This document shows positions 1-11,774 of a DNA stretch of 43,109 bases, piece by piece. This DNA comes from Octopus bimaculoides (lineage: Eukaryota). The position numbers were made by a program, and so were the translations under genes. The notes below the pieces were generated by a model. The model was not told where the DNA came from, ran no database searches, and worked only from the letters and a program-made list of their open reading frames with translations. Position 1 is the stretch's first letter, and every line of letters starts with the position of its first letter. The DNA lies in contig NC_068983.1 in assembly GCF_001194135.2 (NCBI RefSeq), positions 21,931,465 through 21,974,573 of the forward strand. The letters are read 5' to 3'.

Positions 1-58
<58 letters not shown>

Positions 59-335
59 TACATATATATATATATAAACATACATGTTTACATATACATA
101 TATAAATATACAGACATACATACACATTAATATACATGTATATATACATACATATATATATATATACATATACACATATATATATACATATACACATACA
201 TATATACATACATACACATATATATACATATGCATACACATATATATACATATACATACACATATATATATACATATATATACATACATATACATAAATA
301 ACATATATATACATACGTACATACATATCGAAAGC
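1..335. repeat. (TA)n / TACA compound microsatellite
   Basis: Pure (TA)n at the window start, grading into TATACA/TACA units. Confidence 0.95.
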
Positions 336-602
336 GAGAGATAACATAGAAATTAAAACAAACTTTTAAATGAACGAATGAAAACAATAGACAGTCTACT
401 TGTTATCTTTTCCAAAATATACACAAACAGTTTGATTAAAACCTCGGGTGTCGAAAAGTAATGTTATCGAAACAATTACAAAGAAATCAGCTGTATGAAG
501 AGCGAGGACATGGTGAATGGTAAACAAACATTCCTGAAGCGAAAGGGCAAAAAATAAACAAACACACACACACATATATATATATATGTGTATGTGTGTG
601 TA

Positions 603-693
<91 letters not shown>

Positions 694-1415
694 CGTATTG
701 TATGTATGTATGTTAATAAATAAATTTGTGTGTATATTCATGAACATTTACCCCAGTTCGATATTTCGTCGGTTTCAGTCGAGCATAAATTCTAATAGTT
801 TCCTTCACCATAATTTTTTGCAACCTGATATCCTTTCTTTCACTATTGTTTTTCTTATTTATACCCGGTTCAAAAAGAAATTTTCAAATATTACGAAGAC
901 ATGAATGCGTGTTACTTTTTTCGTGTAGTTTGTTTACAAGCTACACCGCGACCGTTACCCAGGAGTTGGGTTAACACCGGTTGAATGGGAAGTTAACTCT
1001 TGCTTGATTGTTTCAGGCTTTACACGTAATTTGATTTTAGTCGATTGTGTGTTTATTGAATGATGTTTGTTGATTTCTTATATATTTATTTCACTCTGTT
1101 TGTTTAAGGCTATTTTTACCTTTGTTTATACACAGACGGAAAATAAAATCGCTGTATTCTGAAGAGAAAAAAATTACTTGATTATGAGTGTTGTATAATG
1201 TTTAGCGGCATTTCTTCCGATTTAATGTCCTCAGTTCAAATCTTGCTATGGTCGAACTTGTTTTTCATCCTTTCCAAGTTGATAAAATAAAGGGTAAATT
1301 TTAGATACGCACAATATAAATGTTAACATATTAATTCACATATTACCAACTTGTAAATTTATATTTAATAACGAACCTTGTAATCCACACTCTCGAAAAT
1401 GTATTTCTGTAAAAA

Positions 1416-1493
1416 GCCTGGTGCAGCCATCTGGCTCACCAGTCCCCAGTCAAACCGTCCAACCCATGCCAGCATGGAAAGCGGACGTTAAAC

Positions 1494-1545
<52 letters not shown>
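1416..1545 (+). mobile_element. 3' end of family D retroposon with (ATG)n tail
   Basis: GCCTGGTGCAGCCATCTGG...CCAACCCATGCCAGCATGGAAAGCGGACGTTAAACGATGATG is the reverse complement of the start of 9881-10225. Confidence 0.8.
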
Positions 1546-1561
1546 GCTGGGAGGTAACAGT

Positions 1562-1905
1562 TTACACAAAGTAGCCTTCTGCTTCCACCACGGTGTCTCA
1601 AGATGGCTCCAGAACCTGGCACATGTGTTCCTCACTGTGTCCTTGAGAAGCTCTTGGCCACGACCTTGGCTTTGATGTTGCAGGCAGAGTAGTTGGTGTA
1701 TTTCTTAACTATGTCCCACACAGATTAATCCATGGGACTACAGTTGGGGGGAGTTACAAGGCCAGAAATTGAGGCAGGTGAAGTCATAGAAATTCTCTGA
1801 CATCCACTTCTGACTTGTTCCAGAGGTATTGGCAAAGAACTGAATCTTGCTGTCATATGCTTGTCCTTCCAGCAGCAACCCACATAGGCATCTGAAATGA
1901 GCCTA
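1562..1905 (-). pseudogene. DD37D (maT-type) Tc1/mariner transposase, C-terminal fragment
   Basis: After correcting two 1-nt insertions the minus strand reads QQDSVLCHTSGTSQKWMSENFYDFTCLNFWPCNSPNCSPMD*SVWDIVKKYTN...NTCARFWSHLETVVEAEGYFV*. There are 37 residues between the 2nd and 3rd catalytic Asp. Confidence 0.8.
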
Positions 1906-1914
1906 AGGCCCTGT

Positions 1915-3480
1915 TCAATGATGTGAGGAAGAATTCTGGCATGTGGATCTAGTCAGAACACATGCTGTGACCTTTCTGCTGGATGTAGCTTCATAGTCTC
2001 CATTGCAACTATCCATGTCATGTCTCACAAAGCAGCTTAGCAGTTCCAGGAAGCAAATATTACCATTTCTATCAGAACACGAGCCAACATAATCTATGCG
2101 TGAGTCGCAGATTGTATTATAGTCTCCTTGCACAACTAAAGCATGTGATGTACCGAGAAACTTCTCCAGGTTTCGAAAATACTCACTTTGCCCAGTTGGC
2201 GTGGGTGCATAAATTGCAACCAGTCTGATAATCTTACCACGGCTGAACGTCAAGTCCATAATGACCAGCCTACCTTCTGGATCTGCAAAAATTAACCTTT
2301 TCTCAGAAACCCAATTTCTTTTTAACAGGACAACCCGGAGAGAAAAAGCTCTCGTAGCCATCAACAGCAGAAGCAGATCTCTTGGTCCCCTTAACCGGGT
2401 TTCTGTAGCAACAATGACATCCAAATTACATGACCTGATGTCATTAAGGAAGCTACCTTACTTCCAGCTTGACCCCAAGCCATGTACATTTATACAACCA
2501 ACATGAATGCTAGACATACTTACCCCTGTTATCAGTGGTTCGAAGCGTCTTCATTCCCATTATCTTTTTCTTTTTCTTGGGCTCGTGGGGTATTTTGCCA
2601 TAGGCCCTCGAAAATGTGAGGAGAATAGTCCAACCTTCGAGGACCTACGTCGTGAAAGAATTCTGATTTAATGCGACCATAATCCTTCTGGCCTATCTTA
2701 TATAATAAAAAGTCTTTTGTTGAAAAATCTTCAACTTGTTTGTCTGACCCAGCAACTGCCAAACAGTTGGTAAGTCTGTTGCTTCCTACCTTAATGGCTA
2801 TGTAGTTCTGTTCTCTTTTTTCCACTCCTTTCTTTCTCATTTTCATTTTGGGAGGGGCGGTCTTTCTTCTTTTTTTTTAAACTGTCGACCACCCCTCTTC
2901 CTTGTTGCTTTCATCACTGGGCATTGGTGTTGTTGTTTCTGTTATTCTTTTCTCTTTTTCTTCCTGTGCTTCCTTTCCTGCTTGGCATTCCACTCTTATG
3001 TGCCGTTTAAGTCCGTACTGGAAGCACCTAGGCTTCCTGCCTTCAACGAAGACAGTTAGTTTTTCCTTGCCAATGCTTATGGTTTCCGCTGTTTCTTCTA
3101 GCATGGTGACGTCCACCTGAACTATCATGTTCAAACTTTGTCCCTTCCAATTTTCTTTCTCGGCGACCATTGCCTGGAGTATTGTTATCTTTTCCCCCAG
3201 GTCCCACATGATTGCTGCCACAAGCCAGGTGGCATCTACTTCAGGAGGTATATTATATATTTTGATTTTGGATGTTCTTCTTCCCATATAAGTGGGAAGA
3301 AGTACCACCTCCTCCGTCTTTAGCATTTCAGAAGTGTCGCCTGGCTATCTCTTCTGATTTGAATCAAACTTCAACAGTTCCAAATTGTTTTCCACAGTTT
3401 ATATACGTAATGTCAGACCATATTGGTCTTAGACATTCTTCTATTTTATCTTCCTCTATTTTAAAGATTCTTTTTTTTTT
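1915..3480 (-). mobile_element. L1/Tx1-like LINE fragment: ORF1 (degenerate CCHC knuckle) plus ORF2 APE endonuclease start
   Basis: ORF1 reads EECLRPIWSDITY...LLPTYMGRR...WLVAAIM...VEGRKPRCFQYGLKRHIRVEC. The EN region reads DVIVATETRL, DPEGRLVIMD, IYAP, GDYN. It carries stops and frameshifts and has no RT. Confidence 0.85.
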
Positions 3481-3514
3481 ACAGGGACACAAACAAACCA
3501 AAACTGGTTATCAA

Positions 3515-3564
3515 GTGGCAGTGGTGGTGGGACACAAACGCACATACACACACACACACACACG

Positions 3565-3607
<43 letters not shown>

Positions 3608-3757
3608 TTGTGTGTTTATGATGGCTTCCACACAGTTTCTGTCTACCAAATTCACTTAAGAGGCTTTGGTCAGCCCAAAGCTATAGTAGATGACACCTAC
3701 CTAGGATGCTGTACAGTGGAACTGAACCCAAAATTACATAGCTGCAAAACAAGCTTT
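3515..3757 (-). mobile_element. SINE family B (CORE-like), degraded
   Basis: Reverse complement matches the 13087-13490 copy (GGTAGACAGAAACTG, internal CA microsatellite). Confidence 0.7.
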
Positions 3758-4072
3758 GGCAAGTATCATACAGTGAGGAAATAGCAGGGCAAGTGAGCAA
3801 AGGCTATGATTTAGTCAAGGCCATAAAATGCTATTCATACTGACAATACCTTTGGGAAAGGCACAAACACAGCAATACTTCTCATTCTATAAATCTCGCC
3901 TCTCTGCTTAGTCAAACAATATACATTCACTGAATTGAAAAAGCGGAAACAGAGTTTTCAAAAGTGGGAATTTAAAACAATTAATTTTATAAGTCTTGAG
4001 GTTTGTTTTCATAAAAGAAAATATATCAAAACAATATCAATTATAACAAGCACATACACAAAAACAAACACA

Positions 4073-4115
4073 TACTCTCTCTCCTTCTCTCTCTCTTTCT
4101 CTCTCTTTCTCTCTC

Positions 4116-4151
<36 letters not shown>

Positions 4152-4272
4152 ATTCTCTTTCTTTATCTCATTATTTATGTATGTAACTATCTATCTCTTT
4201 ATCTATCTATCTATCTATCTATCCCTCCATTTGTCCATCCATCCATTTAACCACCCATCCTTCCATCCATGC

Positions 4273-4320
<48 letters not shown>

Positions 4321-4325
4321 CTCCA
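4073..4325. repeat. (CT)n and (ATCT)n/(ATCC)n microsatellites
   Basis: Seen directly. Confidence 0.9.
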
Positions 4326-5520
4326 TCTTTCCCTGTCTCATTATCTTCCTTTCTCCTCTCGCCTCTCCCCGAATTTCTCAAACTTTCAAAATCAGTTTCC
4401 TTATGTCTTCAAGGGGATATCAGAAATATCTGGAAAATAATTACAATTTTTAAGATGCTATAATAATTAAATTCATATATTGTTAATGAAAAGTAAATTA
4501 TTCTCATATTTACATTATTTTAAAGTGAAACAAATACTTGCATAAACGAAAAGAGAAATTTACTTAAAAAAATATATAAATCATGTCCCCTTATGAGTAT
4601 TTTGTACAGCAGAACATTTTGCTTTGTTTAAAAAATGCAAACATGAATTCCCTGTTTAATCATAGGTCAACCAACAATAAATTTACATTGAATTACATTC
4701 ATATTTCAAATTTAATTTTTAACAATTTAATAGAAAGTAATTATTTCTTGAACATGTATTTAGAAACAAATGAGCTATATTGATCTTGTAGCAGAAATCA
4801 TTAATAAGAGTCAGTGAAGTTACGAGGAAACTTTCAATTAAAACAAAAGGTGAAAAGACAAGGTACCATAAAAAAAAATATAAGAAATTGTGTGATAAAG
4901 TTTTGTTGATGTTGTTGTTGTTGTCATTGCCATTGCTGCTGCTGCTGCTGGTGCAGCTGTTAATGTTGATGTTGTTGATGTTTATCTTTTGATTACTCTT
5001 GACTGAGCAGACCTGTGACCAAAGGCATTTCAATTTGATTTCAATTCTCTTCAATTCATTTATTGACATTGTCATTAAAACACCAGAAGAAATGCAGTAC
5101 TTATTTTGATTATTTGCATTTTGAGTTCAAACTCTGCATAGGTCAAGTTCACATCCTTTTATCCTTCCAAGCATGAGAAATACAATTCCAGTCTAAAAGA
5201 GTGAACTGAGGGAATCGTTAGAGCGTCGGACAGAATGCTTTGTGATATTTATTCCAGTTCTTTGTATCCTAAGTTAAAATTCCTCCACTACTTGGTCCTT
5301 CAGTGCTTTAGTTGAGTTCATTCTGTTGCAGGCGTTTGGAACTGGTCTCCTGTTTGATCACAATTTCCTCCTGCTCTCCACTAGTCTCAGCATCCCTGTA
5401 AAGAATCATGGGTAATGATTCCACAAAATTGTGATTTATAATAATGTATCTACTTGTTCTTACTATGTTCTGGAAGATTCAAATGTGAATGTGAATATCT
5501 GCTTGCATTTGGTTTTTGCT

Positions 5521-5713
5521 ACTGGTGAATGACTCCTCCCTTTAGCTGATGTCTGTTCACAACATATATGGGCACTATCATGCTATTAGCTATCAAAAGT
5601 GAAAGTGCTCACTGCTAGTGAAGTATCTGTCTGTCTGCCTGTCTGCCTGTTGCTGGCCTGTGGATTCTTTGGCTACTGACTGCTAATACCATGACTGGCC
5701 GGAGCGAGCTATA

Positions 5714-5758
<45 letters not shown>

Positions 5759-6184
5759 ATTACTCGAAAGTTCGCGCGTCCGCGCTAGCTAGTCGTGAGT
5801 GGTCGATCCTATTATTTTTAAACTTCAAACTTCATTTGTTTTCTATTTTGATAAATTCTCTCTGTTGAAAATTATATTTTTATATTTTAAATAATTTGCA
5901 ATTTCAGGAAATATGTTTTTATATTAAATTTGTGTTTTCTACTCACGACTAGCTAGCGCGGACACGCGAACTTTCGAGTAATAGATAGATAGATAGAGAG
6001 AGAGACAGACAGACAGACATATAGCTCGCTCCGGCCAGTCATGGTATTAGCTGTCAGTAGCCAAAGAATCGACAGGCCAGCAACAGGCAGACAGGCAGAC
6101 AGACAGATACTTCACTAGCAGTCAATGAGCACTTTCACTTCTGACAGCTAATAGCATGATAGTGCCCATATATGATTCACCAGT
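5521..6184. mobile_element. Foldback / long-TIR element: arms 5521-5800 and 5941-6184, 140-bp AT-rich spacer
   Basis: The right arm is the reverse complement of the left arm, with a few substitutions, a 4-nt indel, a 32-nt indel and different microsatellite lengths. No ORF. Confidence 0.85.
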
Positions 6185-6227
6185 GGAAGGGGACTTTGAG
6201 TCAATGTCAGGTTTTGACCTCATTTTC

Positions 6228-6550
6228 TGAATGGAGTTGGTAGATGGAAACTGAGAGAAGCCCATTGTGTAAATATGAATATATGTGTTTGTGTATATGA
6301 GTGTGTGTGTGTGTGTGTGCATCTGTTTGTCTCTCTGTCTGTCTGTCTGTGTTTGTCCCACATCACTGTTTGACAAGTGTTGGTGTGTTTACATCCCTGT
6401 AACTTAGCAGTTTGACAAAAGAAACCAATAGAATAAGTACCAGGCTTTAAAAAAAATGACAAGTATCCAGATCAATTCATTCAAACTAAAAATTCATAAA
6501 GGCTGTGCTCCAGTATGGCCACAGTCTTATGAGTGAAACAAGTAAAAAGA
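6228..6550 (+). mobile_element. SINE family B, 5'-truncated
   Basis: GGTAGATGGAAACTGAGAGAAGCCC...GTAACTTAGCAG...GAATAAGTAC...GTGCTCCAGTATGGCC matches the other B copies. Confidence 0.8.
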
Positions 6551-7149
6551 TACCAGCATGGAAAACAGACATAAAACGATGACAATGATGATAACAACAA
6601 GAACAACAACAACAACAACAACAATAGCAATGTTGGTAGCGAAGATGATGATGATGCTGATGATGGATGAATTCTATATCAAATAGAAACTCACATTTAA
6701 CAAACAATTTTTTAATGTTAGTAAATACAATTATGTTTTCTTATCAGAGCACTGTTTTATAACATACTAGCTTAAAAGCTGCACTCCATGTGGACTTCTA
6801 AGCTAGCTCCTGCAGAGGGATAATTGGGCCTGTGGTTCAAAACTAAAGAGAGCTAAATAGCATGACTGAAAGATGTCTATAATGACTATATGCCCTGGTG
6901 GTGTTTGATCAGAGGCTAAGGACACATGAGAATTAATTCTGTGATGCAATCATTCTATTGTTCCAGTCCCAAGTTGAATTCCAACTGTTGGCCAGTTTGT
7001 CCCAAAGTTCTTATCACAATGTAAAATTAACGAAGCGAATGTCATTTATCTCCCCCTTGATCTCTGATGTCATCCTACAAACACCAACCAAGATGGCGTG
7101 AATCAGCCAAGCTTTACCTGCTAGATGTAGCAACTCAAATACTTTTAAA

Positions 7150-7312
7150 CAGATCCCAATACTGGATATTCAAGAACCAAATGTAGGGCAGATTTTCGAT
7201 CCTGGGATCATTCTGATTCCAAAAAGGTGTAACATGTCTACATAGAGCAAATGTAGACTGAGATACAGGGGTCCCAGACAGACAGACAGAATTTCGCTTT
7301 TATTATAATAGA
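7150..7312 (-). mobile_element. Non-autonomous Helitron-like 5' end
   Basis: Minus strand reads A|TCTATTATAATAAAAGCGAAATTCTGTCTGTCTGTCTG: a TC start after A, then a (GTCT)n tract, as in Lep1-type Helitrons. No 3' CTAG hairpin found. Confidence 0.45.
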
Positions 7313-7334
7313 TTGTAAAATATATCAAGTTTAG

Positions 7335-7553
7335 AGCGGCGAGCTGGCAGAATCTTAACCACACTAGGCAAAATGCTTAACAGCATTTCATCCATCTTTA
7401 CATTCTGACTTCAGATTCTGCTGAGGTAAACTTTGCCTTTTATCCTTTCAGGGTCGATCAATAAAATAAGTACCAGTCAAGTACTGAAGTCGATATAATC
7501 AACTTGCCCTTTCCTACAAAATTACTGGCCTTGTGTGAAAATTTGAAATCAAT
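7335..7553 (+). mobile_element. SINE family A (tRNA-derived)
   Basis: GAGCTGGCAGAA head and CTTTGCCTTTTATCCTTTCAGGGTCGAT core. Confidence 0.8.
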
Positions 7554-8025
7554 ATATACTAAGTTTATATCCATCTCAGTTTATAACTAATGTTTTAAGC
7601 TTGACATATAACCAATACCAAATGATGTTAATATGTGAATATTGTTATAAAGGAAAAATTGTTATTCTAACTGGTATCTCTGTTTCGCTTTCTACTCAGC
7701 AAATAACTATCCCCAATGATTTTATACATAATTTAGTTATCCTTGTATTCACCGATAATATTTCTAAATTAGACAGCCAATAATATATAGAATATAATTC
7801 AATAGAATCCAGAACAAGTTCATGGGAATAGTAACTACCAAGATATCTTTTATATCAATGTCATTTTCTTATGCGAGTTAATATAAGGCAATATCAACCA
7901 CCTAGACATAAATATCTATTATTGCATCATCTGCATTTTCTTATAATACTTAATATACTTAATCCATCCATCACGTGGTTTATAGGGATATCAACTACAT
8001 CATTATCATCATCATCATCGCTGTT

Positions 8026-8057
<32 letters not shown>

Positions 8058-8259
8058 TCTCCTCATCATAATCTTTATCATCACTTTTCATTCACTTTTC
8101 CATGCCAGCATGAGTTGAATGGGTTTCTATGAGCAGACAATGTTTTAGAAGTAGATCCTCTTCCTGTTGCACTCTTACAACATGTAGACACATAGTGTGT
8201 ATATTCTGTTACAAATATAGGTTACACGTGGTAGAGAATATCAACTGCATAGCCAAATA

Positions 8260-8684
8260 CCATAAATCCTCAAATATAGTCCACCCTTGAGTATAATATG
8301 CAAGGGACTTTTAGGGGGCTATACCTCTAAAAAACCTAAACCTCGTGTATAATATGCACCCCTTCTCTAACTTGAGTCAATAATGTCTATATAACGTCCT
8401 TGGTTTGTTAACGTATATATGGTAACGTCCTTTATTATTATTGTGTATATAACATAATGCAAACGTGTAGCTTTTTTGTGCACTTTGTTTGCAGAAAATA
8501 AAGATATAACAGTAATAACGTCAGTGAAAAATAAATATTAAGTAAATTGCCTTTACATATTTATCCCTTAGAAAATTTTGCTTAGAAAATATTTCTCATT
8601 TTTAACCTCGTATATAATACACACTAGAAATTTTGACCTTTAAATTTTGGGGAAAAAGTGCGGATTATACTCAAGGATTTACAG
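8260..8684. mobile_element. Tc2/pogo-type MITE with TA TSD
   Basis: TA|CCATAAATCCTCAAATATAGTCC ... GCGGATTATACTCAAGGATTTACAG|TA. Three internal direct copies of the TIR core CCTCG(A/T)GTATAAT near 8284, 8341 and 8606. Confidence 0.8.
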
Positions 8685-8842
8685 TATTTAGTATGACCAG
8701 TTCATTTCCTCATAATATCTGATGCACTTAATTCAGTGCCTGGTTTACCTAGAACAAATATTTATTACATACTCTATATTTTCTCATAATGATTGGCAGA
8801 TCTACTTTTTTGCTTGGTTTAACTTGACTCATTATTTATCAC

Positions 8843-9022
8843 AGCCAGACGAAATGCTTAGCAGTATTTCATGTGTTGCTATGTTCTGAGTTCAAATTCC
8901 GCCGAGGTTGACTTTGCTTTTCATCCTTTCAGGGTCGATAAATTAAGTACCTGTCAATGTGATCGATTGTCCCCCTCCCCACAAAAAGCCAGGCCTTGTG
9001 CCTATAGTAGAAAGGATTATTT
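8843..9022 (+). mobile_element. SINE family A
   Basis: GTTCAAATTCCGCCGAGG..CTTTCATCCTTTC core and GGCCTTGTGCCTATAGTAGAAAGGATTATT tail. Confidence 0.85.
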
Positions 9023-9079
9023 ATTACAACCACTACATTTTCTTAGTGTAATTTATAGACTAAATATGTCACTGTTTAA

Positions 9080-9288
9080 CTCTTTTGCTACCAACCATCT
9101 TGATTTCATGATACAAACTTCCTGTTTAAAATTATCTTATCTAAAACCTTCCATCAAAATTTCATGCTAATTCATATTCCAAACACCTGCTTATTAATGT
9201 CAAAAGTATTTAACAATATTCGTTATTATTTTCAGAATTAACTGAAACAAATGCAATGAATTTGATCAGAAATATGGTAACTAAAGGA
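9080..9288. mobile_element. piggyBac-type MITE, degraded
   Basis: TTAA|CTCTTTTGCTACC ... GGTAACTAAAGGA|TTAG: imperfect TIRs with a TTAA-like TSD. Confidence 0.55.
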
Positions 9289-9611
9289 TTAGCAAAACCT
9301 CTTTGACCCATGGGTGCTTTCAACAAAATCCACTCAGTTGCAACATTGGAGCCATGTGTCTGACTTAAAATAATTCCTCCTTTCCTTCCACAAAGGAAGA
9401 ACCTAAACACATACCTCAAGCCATTTTGTCCAATGCTCTAATGATCCTATTAATCCACTATCCTTATATAATGATAAATAATGAGCATATGCATCTCATC
9501 TAATTACTGCTGTATTTAAGCCTAAAGGGTAACATGTATTTTTTAATCTATGCATTGACATAAAACTTTAAGCCTTTGAATCATTGTAGCTTCTTCGTTA
9601 ATAAAAATATT

Positions 9612-9796
9612 CTTTTCTACTCTAGGCACAAGGTCTAAAATTTTGGGGGAGGGGGCAGTCGATTAGATCGACCCCAGTACACAACTGGTACTTAATTTAT
9701 TGACTCCAAAAGGATGAAAGGCAGAGTCGACTTTAGCGGAATTCAAACTCACGATATTTCGCATGGCATGACAACAGTTCTGCTAGGTCACTGCCT
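9612..9796 (-). mobile_element. SINE family A
   Basis: Reverse complement of the family A core and tail. Inverted relative to 8843-9022. Confidence 0.8.
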
Positions 9797-9880
9797 AAAT
9801 TAATAAAACTGTTAATACTCTAATGTATGTATTGAGTTCTGTTTCTCTCATTTATAAAGCCACAGTTATTATTGGTTAGT

Positions 9881-10225
9881 CATCGTCATTATCATCATCG
9901 TTTAACGTCCGCTTTCCATGCTAGCATGGGTTGGACGATTTGACTGAGGATTGGTGAACCAGATGGCTGCACCAGGCTCCAATCTGATTTGGTAGAGTTT
10001 CTACAGCTGGATGCCCTTCCTAACACCAACCACTCCAAGAGTGTAGTGGGTGCTTTTACATGCCACCGGCACGAGGGCCAGTCAGGCGGTACTGGCAATG
10101 GCCACGTGCAAGTGGTGTTTTTTACGTGCCACCTACACAGGAGCCAGTCCAGCTGCACTGGCAATGACCTCGCTCGAATGTTTTTTCACATGCCACCGGC
10201 ACAAGTGCCAGGAAGGCGATGCTAG
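9881..10225 (-). mobile_element. Family D retroposon with (CAT)n tail and an internal ~65-bp tandem repeat
   Basis: CTGGATGCCCTTCCTAACACCAACC motif, plus three units beginning TTT(T/C)AC(A/G)TGCCACC near 10054, 10119 and 10184. Confidence 0.75.
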
Positions 10226-10227
10226 GC

Positions 10228-10452
10228 AGTGAGCTGGTAGAATTGTTAGCACACCAGGTAGAATGCTCAGTGGCATCTCATTCATCTTTACATTCTGAGT
10301 TCAAATTCTGATCGGGTCGACTTTGCCTTTTATCCTTTTGTTGGTGGNNNNNNNNNNGTCATTAAGATAAGTATTTGCTGAACTCTGGTGTCAATATAAT
10401 CAACTTACTACTTCCCCTGAAATTTCTGGCCTTGTGCCAAAATTCCAAACCA
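10228..10452 (+). mobile_element. SINE family A
   Basis: GTGAGCTGGTAGAATTGTTAGCAC head, core and GGCCTTGTGCCAAAAT tail, interrupted by a 10-N gap. Confidence 0.8.
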
Positions 10453-10706
10453 ATATCATGTATTAAATTCCTATTTGTACATAGCCTAGTAGTTAAAATA
10501 TTGAGCCTACAATCATAGGGTTCTGGATTTGGTCTTGGGCTGGGCAGTGCATTTTGTCCCTGAGCAAGGCACAGCAATGGTCATAAAGAAAGACCTTTCT
10601 TCCTCTGACTAAACCTTAAAAATGATATTACAACATATTGTAATAAATAACATGCATATACATCTGTTCTTATACTTGCTATACCTAAGCCTAAAGTTTA
10701 ACTCAT

Positions 10707-10770
10707 AACCAAGTCTAAATGATATAAAACTAATATAAAACCAAGTCTAAATAATATAAAACTAATTATT
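10707..10770. repeat. 32-bp tandem duplication
   Basis: AACCAAGTCTAAAT(G/A)ATATAAAACTAAT occurs twice with period 32. Confidence 0.8.
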
Positions 10771-11064
10771 TTCTATTTCTCTGTTAATTGTTTCAATTTG
10801 TTGTTTAAGGAGAAAATTTGAAATTCCTATTACTGATTACATTAAGAATAATTTGGTCAGTAGAAAAATCAATATCTGAAAAATCTACACCTGTTTTTCT
10901 CAAGTCAACAAAATATTTATCTTTTAACAAATTAACCAATCTACTTCCTTCTGTTCTTTGTTTTTTAACCTCAGAAATAGATTTGAATGGAGAGAACATA
11001 TACTATTTCTTTTTATGTAATATAGATGCAGGGATAGCTTTGCAGCTGAGAAGTTTGCTTCATG

Positions 11065-11181
11065 ACCATGTCGTCACAAGTTCAGTCCCACTTCATGGCA
11101 CCTTGTGCAAGTGTCTTCTACTATAGCCCTGAGATGATCGAAGCCTTGTAAGTGGACTTGGTAGACAGAAACTGAAAGAAA
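11065..11181 (+). mobile_element. SINE family B, target of the SINE A insertion at 11182
   Basis: GTTCAGTCCCACTTCATGGCACCTTGTGCAAGTGTCTTCTACTATAGCC...GTAGACAGAAACTGAAAGAAA. Confidence 0.8.
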
Positions 11182-11413
11182 GGTGGTGAGCTGGCAGAAA
11201 TGTTAGCACGCCGGGTGAAATGCTTAGTGGTATTTTGTCTGACGTTACGTTCTGAGTTCAAATTCTGCCAAGGTCAACTTTGCCTTTCATCCTTTCGGGG
11301 TCGATAAATTAAGTACCACTTATGCACTGGGGTCGATGTAATCGACTTTAATCCCTTTGTCTGTCCTTGTTTGTCCCCTCTATGTTTAGCCCCTTGTGGG
11401 CAATACAGAAATA
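11182..11413 (+). mobile_element. Full-length SINE family A with 15-bp TSD
   Basis: TSD AGAAACTGAAAGAAA at 11167-11181 and 11414-11428. tRNA-like head GGTGGTGAGCTGGCAGAA...GAGTTCAAATTC. Confidence 0.9.
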
Positions 11414-11497
11414 AGAAACTGAAAGAAACTTATTATATAAGTATACATACATGTATACCAAGTTTTCCAGTCTTTGTTTTAATATATACTTACTCTT

Positions 11498-11674
11498 CAA
11501 AGGGATTAAGTCGGTTACATTGACCCCAGTGCGTAACTGGTACTTAATTTATCGACCCTGAAAGGATGAAAGGCAAAGTTGACCTCGGCAGAATTTGAAC
11601 TCAGAATGTAACAGCAGACGAAATACCGCTAAGCATTTTGCCCGGCGTGCTAACGTTTCTGCCAGCTCACCACC
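11498..11674 (-). mobile_element. SINE family A, inverted relative to the 11182 copy
   Basis: Reverse complement aligns to 11182-11359 at roughly 90% identity by eye. Confidence 0.9.
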
Positions 11675-11774
11675 CTATGCGAGCAAAGAATTCTGCCAAA
11701 GTCTTACTCCATGTCAACCAATGTCATGTACAGCAGTTTCTTTTTTGCTTCCAGTTGCTTTGTGAATGTGTGTA

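Noticed and set aside
84-387. ORFs rich in YIYI/HTHT/CVCV (also at 18620-19535, 21122-21888, 26867-27909, 37223-37450)
   Set aside because: They are translations of dinucleotide microsatellites.
8837-8848. TATCACAGCCAG matches the 5' end of miR-2 family microRNAs
   Set aside because: The match stops after 12 nt, runs into a SINE A remnant, and has no precursor hairpin.
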